Origin: Lingula anatina
Lineage: Eukaryota; Animalia; Brachiopoda
Direction: 5' to 3'
NCBI GenBank assembly: GCA_051362555.1
Contig: CM120644.1
Location: 442,954-506,953 of the forward strand
DNA length: 64,000 nucleotides
The notes beneath the pieces were generated by a model. It made no database searches. It was not told where the DNA came from and was given only the letters and a program-made list of their open reading frames with translations. Shown here piece by piece: positions 1 through 13,753 of the stretch. Numbering within the stretch: the stretch's first letter is position 1; the number at the start of each line of letters is the position of its first letter. The position numbers were made by a program, and so were the translations under genes.

Positions 1-1451
1 AAAAAGAAGCCAATTAGACTGCTTTTCCAGCTCAGGCTGCATTTTAGTCCTTTGTTTCTTTTTTGAAAGTTTGACAGTCATAAGTAACATGGTTTTCCCA
101 TAATGGTCATCATGGCAGCAGCACCCAAAATTGTGTTTTCTTCTATTTTAATGCAATATTACATAATGCTTAACAGCATAATGACCATCAGTTTTTAATA
201 ATAAAAGATCCGTATCATGGATTTTCAGAAAATGTGATTAGCATGGGTCTTCAAGCTCGTGGAGGTTCTTAAGTCACACCTTGAAAATGCCAATATGTGA
301 AAAATTAAATTTTCACCAAAAAAAAAAAAAAAAAAAAAACAGTTTAACTGCCAGAAAAATTTACCAAACAAACTGCATTGCCCACTGAAGCTTTATTTAA
401 GTCCCATGTTTCTTTCCTGTAAGTTTGAGAACAGTAAGTGACATGGTTTTCCTTAAATGGTCATCATGGGAGCAGTGTCCAAAATAGGTGTGTCTTCAAA
501 TTTTGATGCAATATTACATAATGTTTAACAGGATAATTACCATCAATTTTTAATAATAAAATATTAGTATCATGGATATTCAGAAAATGTTCCTAGCAAT
601 GGTCTTCAGGCCCAAGGAACTTCAAAGTCACACCTTGAAAATGCCAAAATGTAGACAAGGCAGCACTGTCCTGAAATGTGTTTTTTTCCATTTTTCACAA
701 TTTTTTAACATATAACAAAATTAACAATTTACTGCCATTTTTAAATGATCAACTAAGAAAATTGATGAGATAGGAAAAATATCAATAGAACAGTGTTAAA
801 TGTCCAATTTCCTCCATTCTGAGATTCTGAACATAGTGAATGAATGAATCTGACAAACTGCCATGATATGAGTTTATTTCAATTTTTGAAACTCTATTGT
901 ACAATACATGATAACAAGTTTACCATCATTTTTACATAATCAACTAACAATGATGTAAAGATGCAGGAAATGTCAAACAAACACTTTTACGAATCTTATT
1001 AGTTAAATAATGAGACTGTTAACATGCCTAAGAATTGAATCTGAGGAAATGTGAAAAAACAGCATAACTTATAAAATAATGGCCTGATTATGCTGATTTT
1101 CGAACTTGACCTGCGTTTTAGTAAGATTAATTACTCCTGTGAGTTTCATGACAACAGGTCTAGCGGTTTTCCTTGAAATGTGTTAACAGTGTTGCACATA
1201 TGCTGAAAAGTGAAAAAAACAGCATAACTACTAAAATAGTGGCCCGATCATGCTGATTTTCGAACTTGACCTGCGTTTTATGAATATTAGTCAGCTCTGT
1301 AAATATTAGGCCAAAAAGTAAAACTGTCTTCCACTTATGGTGTTAACGCTGAAAGTGCACGGCGACGGCGACATGATCGGCGACGGCGACGGCGACGACA
1401 GACGCAGGTGATGGCAATATGTACAGACACATCTGTGTCTGTACATAAAAA
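1..1451 (+). mobile_element. 3' part of a large non-autonomous Helentron-type (HINE) element; same family as 27407-30642
   Basis: Collinear similarity to 29113-30642. Internal ~180-bp repeats, a (GACGGC)n microsatellite, a perfect 14-bp-stem terminal hairpin TATGTACAGACACA-TC-TGTGTCTGTACATA (1418-1447), then an A-run. Confidence 0.75.
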
Positions 1452-2100
1452 GACATACAAGATTCAAGATTCAAGTATTTATTCTGTGCTAAAACCCTAA
1501 ACAAAATTATTACACATTATATAACCTTGCTGGCAACTAACATGTAACAAATTAAGGGTCACTCCTTGTCTTTTTGTACAAAACAATGTATATTTGAAAA
1601 AAAAAAAAACTACACTGCAAAAAGGTAAATATACAGACACTTAACAGGAGGAAATGTCACTTACATACATGTAAAGAAAACAGTTATAACAACAATTTTT
1701 TTTTCAACACAAAGCTGCTCATCTAATCTGAATTAACACAAATTACAAAAATTGTAATTAATTATGCATGTACATGGGGGGGGGGTTTGAGGGGGAAATA
1801 TTTTTGCACACATTGTCATTTTTAAACTAATTCAAACATATCATTAATAATAATAATCACTAATGAATATAGTTTTGTAATGAATAAATCTTGAATAATG
1901 AATGAAAAAACATTGTTTTTTTAGATGATGGTGAGTTATAACAAAATTATAAATAACCATGCAGTAACTGTAATTCAACTTGCATGCTGGCTACAGTACT
2001 GTACATACATGTTAATTCTGAAAAAAAAAATTGTATACTCCAGCACAGATATAGATGTACAATTAAAAGAGCATTACATGTGCACAAAAACAAACCCCAG

Positions 2101-4268
2101 TATCAATGCTTTTGAATTAAATCACATCATGAATCAAATCACTCAATGAATTGAACCAGTTTGCAATGTTTGCGCTTTTTTCAAATCCATAACACTAAGA
2201 AATGATACACCCGGCTCCTTGACAAGCTTATAATTATTAATGGAATCAACATTATATGGAACAAGTAACTCTACCAAGTTAACAACAGTTCATTCAAATG
2301 TCAAGTCAAAACACAACATCCCTTCCTTTCTTGGACAGAAACGGTCCTTTCAAAACATGTTTATTGACAGTTCAGTCTTTAAAATGTCCTTTCAAACATT
2401 TGCAGAATAGCATATGAACTTTTATTCCTTAAACCACACTGAAAATTCTCAAAACTTATCAACTCTTATCAAATCCCATGTCCTTTCACTACTACTGGTC
2501 TCTTCCTTTACGTCACATTCAAATGTATGATGTTCCCTTCACTTTTAAAGGTTTCTCAGACGTGTATGAATAATACTGTTTGTTTACTAGTCCTCCACAA
2601 GAGCCACATTTATTTTTCTTGGATTTCAGCATTCTCCATGTATTTTCATCAATGATATTACAATATGCACCTGAATCTGGTAATACACTGAGATTAACAC
2701 CGCCTCTATTTCCTCCATGTCTTCTGTGTATATTGCATTGGTTCCCACACCAAATGTATATGCACTCCTGGATTATCATGTTCAAAGCTGTCATTTACAT
2801 GAATAATAGTTTCAGTTTTGCAGACTTTTACAAAGTGATCCAACGTTCCATGTTTTCTCAGTCAGGGAGTTTCTACTTCGTTTTTCATGTCTAAACTCAT
2901 AATGTTTAGACTGGCTTGGTTTGTCAAATGACTTCGGTTTCATCATACTCACAGTTTCTGGTGTTCCAATTTCATTCAAAGCGTTAACTGTCTAATGTAT
3001 ATTCATGTTTCTAACCTGTGTTTGGGAGAGTCCTGAAAATATCTTGTATAGGTAGATCACAATCCGCTAGGGGCGCTACAGTCGTAACTGTCCACGGGCA
3101 GTGAAGTGTTAAACTGAAGTCGGCCTGCTGACAGTTCGCCTATGGAACCCCTTTTTTAAATCTCTCTTTTAGCGCTGCGTAAAAAAACTAATACAAGCCA
3201 TTAACTAAATAAGTTGTAAATCAAAGAGTAAAATCCGGTCACATGATTTTCCCATGTTGCAGTCTTTGACAAGTTTCGGTTCTGCTTGTTTTAAGTTTTG
3301 CCTCTACAAAATGCTAAAAAATTTCAGGTAAGTGCTGGTATCATCTTTTTGAAATTTATATCCAGCAAAGTTTATGAAATTTGCTATATTATGTAGAAAA
3401 ATCATGAAATTTGAAGGTTGCGAAGTATAGTTAATTTAATCCGCAATATTACATGATGTGAAAATTACCACAGGGAAATAGCTCTGCCCTGATTAGTCAC
3501 AGGCTATGTGAGCCAGACAATAGGCTGAGCACACAAAGACACACAGGGTGCTCTGCTGCGCCTGAGTGATCACTGCTGGTCAGTGGGCACAGGTTTTGAG
3601 CTGAGAAGTGTGGACACTTTTGGTGGATTTTTGCAGTTAAAAAACTTCAATATCTTTGTTGCTTGTAGGAATATTTAAAAAATTCCAAATGATTTCATCC
3701 GGTTTTTGCATTACCTTTCAGATGATATAAGTATTTTAATTTTCTGATCAGTTTGAAAATTTTTCTGATATACCTATCTTGTACACCTGTCCCTGCTTAA
3801 TACAACATAAGCGCGCGTCTCCTCTGTCATGTATTTTTAATTTTCTATCTTTGTTCATTATTCATGCCGTCCGTTGGTTTTGAAAAGATCAATCTTTTCC
3901 GTCAGCGAAGAGGTTAAAACTGTCTAGCCATCGCGTCGAGCGTGACTTCTGTACAGTTCGAATTCCGTAATTTCACATTTTTCCTCCATTTTTTCAAAGA
4001 AAGTTGGCTCACAGTTTTGCACTAGTGTAAATCCTCGTCGCCAGTGTTGATGCCTTCGAAATAAATCGCATCACGAATCAAATCACTCAACGAATTGTAT
4101 CAGTTTGATACGCTTGTGCTTTTTTCATATCCATAACTCTAAGAAACGCTACATCCGGGTCCTTGACCGGCTTAGCATAAAAAGCGGAATCTTACAACAG
4201 CGGAACGAGTAGTTCAAAAAAGTTTTAGAACAGTGAATTCATTCAAATGTCAAGTCAAATTAAACAAA
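2101..4268 (-). mobile_element. Decayed, internally deleted Ty3/Gypsy (Mag-like) LTR retrotransposon
   Basis: Diverged ~220-bp direct repeats (2101-2318 and 4045-~4268). On the minus strand: PBS TGGCGACGAGGAT (4031-4043), PPT at 2319-2334, gag remnant RRALMLY*AGTGVQDIFRTLP across the 3049-3776 insertion, and protease motif LPDSGA in ORF 2519-2794. Confidence 0.75.
3049..3776. mobile_element. Non-autonomous TIR DNA transposon inserted in the gag remnant
   Basis: Imperfect TIRs TAGGTAGATCAC / CTGATATACCTA, flanked by direct repeat TCTTGTA (3042-3048, 3777-3783). Removing the element restores the gag reading frame. Confidence 0.7.
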
Positions 4269-4414
4269 TAGCACACTTATGAGGGGACTTTGAAGAAAAG
4301 AGAGAGAGATAAATTAAATCAAAATTTATCAAATGACGTCAGTTCAATGCATTCAGCTCACTGGTCAATAAAAAATAAATAAATAGAAAATGAAAATTGA
4401 AAATGAAAGTACCA

Positions 4415-4656
4415 TATCTGGCCCAAGTCTGGGCAGCATCTGGCAAAATGTGGCATAAATGCCAGACTTTGCCAGACTTGGCCCAGATCTGGCAAGTGTC
4501 TGGCAAAATGTGGCATAAATGCCAGACTTTGCCAGACTTGGCCCAGATCTGGCAAGTGTCTGGCAAAATCTGGCCCAGATATTGCCAGACGTTGCCAGAT
4601 CTGGGCCAGACGTGGGCCAGATTACTGAGGCTGTCTGGGGCGTTTTGCTGAGGGTA
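4415..4656. repeat. 60-bp tandem repeat (TGGC/GCCAGA-rich), probably subterminal repeats of a CACTA-like MITE end
   Basis: Lines 4441 and 4501 are identical 60-mers; the array ends in GCGTTTTGCTGAGGG. Confidence 0.65.
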
Positions 4657-5215
4657 GGCTAGGCAATACACGGCAAACTTCTTAGTACGTGTGTACAACA
4701 TAATTTGTTTAAAAACTCTAGCGATATTTGGTCAGGAGTTGCTTGAAGCATAGCACATCGTTGCTGTCTATCGGCATCAGGCCGTTAGTTTGTCAATTAT
4801 CACGAATTACCCACGAATCGCGAACCGATTCATTTTCCTATGGCAATCTAGCAACTCATAAAAAGTGCACGCATGCGCAGTGGGCTAAGCGTGACGTGAT
4901 GCAGTGCATTTCTGGGGATGAAATCGCTCAATTTTGTTACGCCTTAATAAACTTTAAATAAATCATACTTTTTCGCAACAAGGATACAAACATGTACTGT
5001 GCTATCAATAAAATGTTTGTTAAAAAGCGTTACATCATCAAAGGGATATAATGCTGGAATAGGTAATTCTTGTATAATAATTCATTTCATAGGTGGATAG
5101 GCCTACAACGAACATTTAGCTAGAATATACATGACTCATCCATTTAACACAAATTGTACAAGCTACAAAACTTTGCTCTTGGATATAATCGTTTTTTTTT
5201 TTTTTTCTTTTATAT

Positions 5216-6093
5216 TTATCCGGGTCTGAAGAGTGTGATTAACCGTACGTAGCCGCCGCGACTGATCTCAAGAATGCGAAGTACCAAGTTAATACGGCCA
5301 CGACAATGGCCACCTGCTACGTTCAGCCCAAGAGCCACTTTGCCATGCGTACGTGCCGACTCCGAGTCCCTAGAACCATAAGCACTCTGGGAAAGAACTG
5401 AAAAGAAGCAATCAAATTTGTCGACTAGTGATTTTTTTCGCAATATAAGCACATAAAGCTAAAGTTAACATAAAACACAACACATACAATGTTCTTTATT
5501 TGCATATTAAAGATATAAACGTTGCATTAAAATCACTTCATTAGGGTAAGGTGAAAACGTCATCTTTCCTCGAAAAACAAGATTAGCTTGATATAAGGAA
5601 AAAACGCATGCGTGTGAGTTAAATATTTGATATTTACAAAGAAACGTGTGATGGCGGGTCTAGAGCATTGAGATGAAATATAAATTATTTTCATAAAAAT
5701 TTAAGCAATAACCTCGAAATTATTTATATTAGACAACTGTGAAGCAAATCTTTTCATATTCAGATATTAACTCTGCAGGTTATAACTATTGCAGTGCTCA
5801 ATAAATTATTATTATTATGACTTACTCGAAAACACAAGAGCTATCAATCCAAGCAGTGGATTACAACACAGCAGGTCAAATATGGAAAGGATAAGATAAT
5901 CTGGCGGCTTTGGATCAGCCGCCTGCGTTATGATCATATTTGTTGACACGGGTTGGTTGATAACAGCGTGCGGTGGCTGTTGTTGACCATAGTTAGCACC
6001 AGAGGGCTGTTGACCTGGAGGCGGTTGTTGACCATAGTAACCAGGGGGCTGTTGACCATACTGGGGCCCATAGTGGCCTTGCTTCTCAGACAT
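5216..6093 (-). CDS. CD225/dispanin family (IFITM/PRRT-like) membrane protein, 2 exons (6093-5826, 5397-5216); probable frameshift in exon 2
   Basis: P/Q/G/Y-rich N-terminus, then PPDYLILSIFDLLCCNPLLGLIALVFS (CD225 signature with CC). GT donor at 5825 and AG acceptor at 5398 join in phase 1. Exon 2 reads ILSQSAYGSRDSESARTHGKVALGLNVA; the expected C-terminal TM helix lies in the +1 frame. Confidence 0.8.
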
Positions 6094-6879
6094 GATTCTA
6101 CGAAAATGGAGATATTATGTTTTTCAGTTTTTCTTCAATGTGTTACTTTTTTCTTCAAAATAAAATGATGCTCGTGCTTGGTTAGCAACGTGCGTCTAAC
6201 TTTTGCCATTTTCAGGCAGTTGTACTTAACAAGTTACGATAAAAACTCAAGTTGAAAGTATGGAACTCGTAATGGTGAAATTTGGTAATTTTTCTCGTCA
6301 GTCGGGAAAGAAAAAATATACGGAAAATTCATTTTACAGATTGAAAAAGTATGAAAAATTGAGTGACTTTTTCATAAGGGAGCGGATGTCAGAACATTTA
6401 AATTGTTTTTTATCTCTGTAGATCGCGCTCTCAGTGTATCCTATTATTTTATGCATATCAATACCGAACTATCCGTTTTTCAAATATTTAAAGTCGACCT
6501 ACATTTAAAGTGAGCATCGATGGAGCGTGGATTCTCAGTTTCGAATATAAACCACTTGTACTAGTAGTAGTCTTATACGACTAAAAAAAGTCGACATACC
6601 AAGAGATAAACCGAATTTATCACTCGATCAATCGTAAAAGCTCTGAATTTTTGGTCGTGAATTTGACCCACTTTTCATTTGCCTGCCCCATTTATTTACA
6701 GCAAAGAAGGCAAACAGAAAAAAATGTTCAATATAATTTTTAGGTAACATGAAACGATGTCTTTCGGTTTATCTCTAAATTACACTATTTAAAATTATAA
6801 GGTGGCACAAAAGATACTTTCGCTTTTATTTAATCACCATTTATTATCCAATGACTTTAAGTCAGAGCAAGTCAGAACA

Positions 6880-7155
6880 AGTTGATCCGCGGACTTACAG
6901 AACCGCGGATTAACAGAACCGCAGACTAAATATGGCCGAACCACTTAAAAGCAATGCCGACTAATCCCCTAATGTTCTGCCGTCGATACAGGGACATAGC
7001 AATTAAATATCGGAGCCGAGATTTAATCCGTTTAATGGCGCGTGTGGAGGAGGGGGGAAACCATCAGGGGATCAGGCGGCTTGCTTTTAAGTGGGGTCGG
7101 CCATATTTAGTCAGGGGATCAGTCAGTTCGCGGATCATCTTTTCTGAATGCAACT
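6880..7155. mobile_element. Degenerate MITE related to the family at 50710-55058
   Basis: Shares GACTAAATATGGCC...GGCCATATTTAGTC...GGATCATC..TTCTGAATG with 51008-51294. Confidence 0.55.
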
Positions 7156-7809
7156 TAGTAAGTGCTCTTCTTCCTTGATTTAGATAGAAACCAATTTAAT
7201 AAATCGGTGATAAATTCTCAAAACTTCACCCATCCTTTCCGTACCCCCTATCCTATCCTTGTTGAAATTAACCCCTAAGGATAATGAATATGATTTATTT
7301 TCTTAAGGCTAAAATAATCATTCAATAAATGAACTGCTGAAATTATTCATGGTATTAGAATTATTGAACACACGCCAGAGATCCACTGATTCGGTTGGCA
7401 GTCGATGTGGAGCAATCAATTTGTAATACACTAGCAAATAAACATAAAAATATTTCACAATATACCTTTTCAATCTTTTTCAAAAGACAAGCCTATTGAA
7501 ACCCCGAGTAATGTTAAATTCTATAAAAGGAAAATTTTGCAAATGATGAAATACTGTTCTGTTGACGCTGAAGAGCTAGGTCACGGTTCAATGTACGGGT
7601 AGTTTAGGCCTATAAAGTTATACCAGCGGTATGCTACATGTACAATGTACACGCCCGTTCGAAAAAAATCCAAATTTTATACTTTATACTTTTTACCCTT
7701 TATGTGTTAGGGACTGAGTTCGATTTTCAGATCGCGGGAATCTCAGATTTTTATTTTAGTTGCCAAGACATGCACAAATCGGCTAATAAGTCGGTGGTGA
7801 TCTTCTTTA

Positions 7810-8934
7810 TACCCCCGTCACACTAGAGGCGGAATGAGCAAGAATGCCGTCGGAAAGACAATTCTTTGTGCGCTCCTGGATATTCGAAGAGCATTCTAAA
7901 AATTCCGAGTGCATTCTAAATATTTTTACCCATTCTTGTGGCATTCCGAATGTTTTTGTCATGTCAAAAACTTTCGAAGTACATACCAAGTGGAAATTTA
8001 TCGAATGGTATTTGAACAGTATTCTAACTGCACTGTGACTGCATTCTAAATATTCTCACGGCATTCCGACAGCATTCGAAACATTCTGATAACATTAGAG
8101 AAATATTCGAACTGACAAGTTACTTGAAGCCCCCGTCAAACTTATTCGAAATCAGTAGGAATCAAGCCGGAATTACTAAATTTTAAAATTCGTGCCATAT
8201 TCGAGAGGGAATTTAAGATTATCAAAAAATATTACGGCTTTGTAAGAATGCCTCTGGAATACTAAGCATGCACATCGAACCCGCCTGGAATGATTCTTGT
8301 ATATTCCAGGTATATTACTTCTCAAATGCAGCTCGAATGTAGTTGGAATACTGTAGAGATATTGCGATAAATTTCCTCTTGGAATGCACTTCGAAAGTTT
8401 TTGACATGACAAAAACATTCAAGCCGGCCACAAGAATGGGTAAAAATATTTGGAATGCACTCAGAATTTTTAAAATGTTTTTAGAATGCTATTCGAATAT
8501 CCTGGAATGCACAAAGAATTGTATTTCCGACGCCATTCTTAATCATTCCGCCTCTAGTGTGACGGGGATTTTAAACTCCGCCAGAATGTTTCGAATGTGC
8601 CTCGGATAAGCTGAAATATTAATTTTGCCAGCAATCGAACTACACTAGTGCGCCGTTCAAAGTATATTCTAAATATTCTTACTGCCTTCTTACAGTATTA
8701 TAAATATTCCTAGTTTTTCAACTACATTCGAGCTGCTTTTGAGAGCTACACAGTCGAAAATGCACTCATCATTCCAGGCGAATTCAAGCGCATTCTGAGT
8801 ATTCCAACGGTGCTCTTACAATAATTAAGGTCAATTTGAAAATTTCCCCCGAATGTGGTTCGAATTTTAAAAATTCTTCGTTCGGGCTCATTTTTCTTCA
8901 TTCCTGCTGATTCCGAATAAGTGTGACGGGGGTA
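7810..8934. mobile_element. PIF/Harbinger-like non-autonomous element
   Basis: TIR TACCCCCGTCACACT / AGTGTGACGGGGGTA with TTA on both sides. Internal inverted duplication (~7815-8010 versus ~8370-8566). Confidence 0.75.
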
Positions 8935-9377
8935 TTAGTGTCTTAATTGATCTATTGCGGACACTGGCCAACACTGTTAAAAAAAACCTACTAAGTGAAA
9001 TGAACAGCCCTTTTCACTAAACTGTAATATCATCTTTTTTCACCTCAGCCATATTTTCTTTACGCTGTTTTCACTGTACTGACTGTAGGCTTATTTCTGT
9101 CTTTGGACAGGTTTCTCCGATGTTTGTTGGACACATTCAGATATACATGAGACAGGTTACAGTAACTAGACCTGTAGCCTTTACAGACTATGTTGCTCGT
9201 TCATAAATGGCTGCTTATTATAAAAAAGAGAGAAAAGGTTCCCATCAACGTTTTTCATTACCAAGGTATGCCCCATTCGGATATTTCGCATCTCTTTTTT
9301 CAAACGTGTTTGTTTTTCATTCCATGCCAGAAGGATTCTTAATTTTAGCCTCACCCAACAGGGAGTCTAGACATCTC

Positions 9378-9612
9378 ACAGCTCATTCTGTTAGTTGTGA
9401 CAGAGAAGCAATCAGTCTCTCGCTGCGACATCACACAGCTCATTGTGTTAGTTGTGACAGAGAAGCAATCAGTCTCTCGCTGCGACATCACACAGCTCAT
9501 TGTGTTAGTTGTGACAGAGAAGCAATCAGTCTCTCGCTGCGACATCACACAGCTCATTGTGTTAGTTGTGACAGAGAAGCAATCAGTCCCTCACTGCGAC
9601 ACCACACAGCTG
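9378..9612. repeat. 57-bp minisatellite, about 4 copies
   Basis: ACAGCTCATTGTGTTAGTTGTGACAGAGAAGCAATCAGTCTCTCGCTGCGACATCAC repeated. Confidence 0.9.
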
Positions 9613-9798
9613 TAGGCCCGGTTGCACCAACAGCTCATGAATACGTCAGGCGTAGCAGTTACTCCAGAGTTACTACAGCGATGAGCAAAACGTACGGCAG
9701 AGAAAAGCCACAACCAAACAACAGACGTGCGCCAGAGAACGCCTGCACCCCCGTCCCCCATACATAGGCGTACACAGAGACGCGTGACGCAACTCGCC

Positions 9799-9801
9799 CA
9801 A

Positions 9802-9834
<33 letters not shown>

Positions 9835-9849
9835 ACACACAAACAGACG

Positions 9850-9894
<45 letters not shown>

Positions 9895-9907
9895 CAGACG
9901 CAGTACA

Positions 9908-9950
<43 letters not shown>
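9799..9950. repeat. Compound (CA)n microsatellite
   Basis: Direct reading. Confidence 0.95.
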
Positions 9951-10325
9951 ACGCAAGCGTGGGGAACACTACACTGGCAGCACACCACGGACACAGGGGG
10001 GCAACTAGTCCATAGAAATAAAAATACTGAATATAGCCAATACATGTTCTTAGCTAAGATCACTTTTTAAATTAACTCGAGCTTATCGGGTACGTTCTCT
10101 TTTCAAGTTGTGAGTAGAGGTATTACATGTAAATGTGATCGTTTTAAAGTGATGAGGCACGACCATAGAATATCAACCCTCTAATCTATTTGAATAAAAA
10201 AAAATGTAAAAAGAAATTCAAATATTTCGGAGCCTCTTCAAACCGGGGTGGCTTTCCACAGTTTACTAGACATTAAAACACACATAGTGAGCGGAATAAA
10301 TCTTAAACAAAATGTTGATTGCGTA

Positions 10326-10508
10326 CAGGCACGTAGACAGAAATTGCAAGAAGGGGGTTCTTTTTCTGAAAAAGTGAACCTTTTACTATGAAACCTTCAT
10401 GTACCTACATATAATTTAACCCAGAGGGGACCTTTTCCCAGCAAAAAGGGGGGTTTGTTTGAACCCCCACCCCACCCCACACACCCCACCCCCACGGCTA
10501 CGGGCCTG
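10326..10508. mobile_element. Small hAT-like MITE
   Basis: TIR CAGGCACGTAG / CTACGGGCCTG, flanked by 5-bp direct repeat GCGTA. Confidence 0.55.
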
Positions 10509-10590
10509 GCGTATTTGACTCAAGATTTTGCAAAGATTAATTCATAATTTAAGTTTCTGGGAAGGCATTAAAATAAGCCCGAGAACTTAA

Positions 10591-10918
10591 AGGATAACAA
10601 CTGCTCGTACGAGATTCATATTTCACGAGAAATATACATTGTAAATAACTCATAGAAATATAACAAATTTTATTTTACCACCAAAGCAGGGCTATTGCAT
10701 TTATTCTGGAAAATGTGCTTGTCGTAAAACCATGTGAAATTCATGCCTGTAGATGGCTATACACTGTACATACTCCGTAATAATCTCTGAAGATTATTAC
10801 AAAAAAAATTATAAAACAAAAAATAGAGTGACTTTAAACGTCGGGATGGATTCATTCATCATTGGTCGTTTACCCCAGAAAAATCCATTTTTAACCAAAA
10901 CGAACAGATGTTATCCCT
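10591..10918 (+). mobile_element. Kolobok-like MITE (family shared with 21125-21454)
   Basis: TTAA left flank, TTCA right flank; TIR AGGATAACAACTGCTCGT / ACGAACAGATGTTATCCCT; internal similarity to 21125-21454. Confidence 0.6.
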
Positions 10919-11055
10919 TTCAACTTTGATTGATTACGTACCGGTCGACTGCCAGAACTTACCATACACCCTGGCACCCAATTAAAAGTGCACCCTACGC
11001 CCACCAGAAATAACGCCCACTCGTCCACCTTGCGGTGCTCTACAGTAGATAGATA

Positions 11056-12727
11056 CAGGGTTGCTACTTAATATGGAATATTTTTTATCATTGTTATTTT
11101 TGAGTGCTGATTAATTTTTTTTTTTTTTTTTTTTTTTGGCTTGGGTCATTTAAAAAGCATGTCACTGAGTGACAAATACATCTAGTCTTCTGTTGTGAGA
11201 TATTTTGGTCAATGATATCAAATCTGACATAAGATGCCATTCAAAAGAAAGGAACACCCCTAGAAAACCATATCAGCAGTTTGATGTCAGTATTAACTTT
11301 AAGCTAAGATATTAAAGAAAATGATAGCCTCCAGACAGTGATATGTTACACAGTCAAAGAACTCACTACAGTAAATCATGAAAAGTCAGTAACTGCGAGT
11401 ATGACCTCCAGCAGCCGCTTGCAGCGCCCTCATCCTACATGGCATACCCTGTGACACGTTTTTGAGAGTTTGGATGGGGATATCATTCCACGCAGTGATA
11501 ATGTCTGTTGCAGTTCATCACTATTTACCGGCCGATGACCATAGCTATTTATTCTGTGAGTTATTTTTGTCCAAAGTTTTTCAATTGGGTTCATATCTGG
11601 AGAGTTTGCAGGCCAGGGCAGTTGCTGAACCCATTGGTTTTGAAGAAAAAAAGTGATTCTGCGGCCTCGATGTGGGGTTGCCCAGTCGTCTTGGTACACA
11701 AAGTTGTTCCTGAAGATGACTCTTACCGATCGAAGCATTGTTTGCTGTAGAATGTCTCTGTAAGAATCCTGGATGAGGTTGCCTCCTAGAAAAACCAACT
11801 GGTTCTGGGCACCGACGTGAAATGCTCCCCAAACTGAGACGTTACCATCCACTGCTTGCACCCTAGGCAGTACACAATCGTCGTTTTATGCCCCTCGTAC
11901 ACGTCGGTGGACACGGATTCGACCATCAACCCTAAAAAATCCATATCTGGCCTCATCACTGAAAACGACGTGATTCCAGTGTTTTGGCTGCAAACGCACG
12001 TGGTCCCCAGCCCATTGCAGACGTCGCTGTATATGACCTGCTGTTAACAGTGGTTTCCCTACTGGCCTTCGTGCAAAATAACCGACTTTCAGTAATCTCT
12101 TGTTCACGAGGGACCTTGAAACGGGCGTTTGAATGACATTCTGCCTCTCTTTTCTGAGGACACTGGTTGTCTTTGTACGGCCAGCACGGCGTCCTCTAAG
12201 GAGAAGGCGATCCTGTCTTCTTGGTGTGATACGCGGACACCCTGGTCGAGGTATTGGAGAAGGTGCCACTGTTGCAGCATTTCTTTGGAGGACTTTACAA
12301 ACGGTTCCTGATAAACCTTGAATTACCTGGCAATGGCTGTTTCTGGCCATTTTCTTTAAGAGCAAGAATCCTAAAGTAAGCTGCGTTGCTTAGCTGTCGA
12401 ACCATATCTTCGCTAAGGTACCTGTCAAGTTTCAGAGCGATCCCTTTGTTGCTTCTCTAAACACACTCCAAAGATTGACCAAACCCATGCGTTTTTATAC
12501 AAGGGCAGAAATTACCGAAAAGACCACCCCTCACATTTCTGACAACAGAACATGCAGCTGTATGCATATCATTTGTTTCGAGAGTTTTGTGGTAATTAGG
12601 TAACACTCCTGGCTGCACATGGAGTGACACCTCAGTTTTGGATTTAAAGTAGTTAGAGAAAAAATTAAATATTTCGTAGAAAATTTACTCGCCAAAAAAT
12701 AATATTCCATATTAAGTGGTAACCCTG
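11056..12727 (-). mobile_element. Tc1 (DD34E) transposon, full length, transposase disrupted
   Basis: TA TSDs; TIR CAGGGTTGCTACTTAATATGGAATATT / AATATTCCATATTAAGTGGTAACCCTG. Motifs VVFSDE, QDD..H and NSPDMNPIE with 34 residues between D and E. Split into ORFs 11886-12365 and 11430-11861. Confidence 0.93.
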
Positions 12728-13753
12728 TAGATTCTTTATTGATACACCTTCACAAATAATTAGGTACAATCAAAGACAGTACAACTAACTATAACAAAAC
12801 AAACAAGTAAATGAATAAATAAACATGATTTTAACGTCTATACATGTACATGCATGTGTACGTTGTAGGCACCGTTCACCTAGATGACGGCCGGCGGGGG
12901 TAACGGGATTTACCTTAGGCCTACAAGTTGCGAGGGGAGGGGATGAGGTAATTAATTATTTCATCGTGGTGACTTGTGAACGTACAGTGTACCAGTACAT
13001 AGTGTTAACTATTCCCACGTTATAGGTATCATATCAGTGCGTGATCACAGCATACCCCTACATGTCTGCAGCTGGAGATAATCCCCTTCACTCATGGTGA
13101 ACCCCCCCCCCCCCCCCCCGAAATATTAAATGAATAAATAAAATTTAACAGTTGTTACCCTACATTTTGCCCGCTTGCTTCTCTCTCTCTCTCATCCAAA
13201 ATACAATCTTATGTTTGATAAAAAATTGAATGACTGAAAGAAAGTGGGCAGAGCTGGCATTATTAGGCCTATTATTTTTTTTAATTTGGTTTAATTTTTA
13301 AAAAGTATCAAAGGAGATGATGAAATACCTAAGGTTTTATGTAGAATTTCCCCCATATGCCTCTGAAATTAGGTTTGTAGTTTTTGGTTAGTTTTTTAAC
13401 ATCCGAAGGCCTCGGACAAACTGTGGTTTACTTAATGCTGTTGACCTATTTAAAGTTTACGCTTTAAAAAAGAAGTGCAAAAACTTAACATGGCAAGCTC
13501 TCATTGGTTCACCCTGCTCTAAGTCTAAATTCTTCCGCCTTCCTGATATTTAGAATTTGTCCGATTTTATTGTTTTTCTCAACGTGTTATGTACAATATT
13601 GATATCTGATTCATTCAGTACGATATGGCTTTGTTGTGTGGATGATCAAATATAGATAACCAGTTGCGGAAATGCGCTCTTCACTTCCGGTACAGGAGAA
13701 ATATCCTTCCACGTTGTTGTTCGGTCCATGCAACACATGCAGGTGTAGTGAAA

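Noticed and set aside
4339-4701. Overlapping ORFs with repeated peptides
   Set aside because: Produced by a 60-bp tandem repeat that is open in several frames; no domain recognised.
9207-10063. 186-aa and VC/HT-rich ORFs
   Set aside because: Translations of a 57-bp minisatellite and a CA microsatellite.
13495-13720. ER-stress element in the PDIA4 promoter (CCACG near 13709, ATTGG near 13503)
   Set aside because: Spacing fits neither ERSE (CCAAT-N9-CCACG) nor ERSE-II (ATTGG-N-CCACG).
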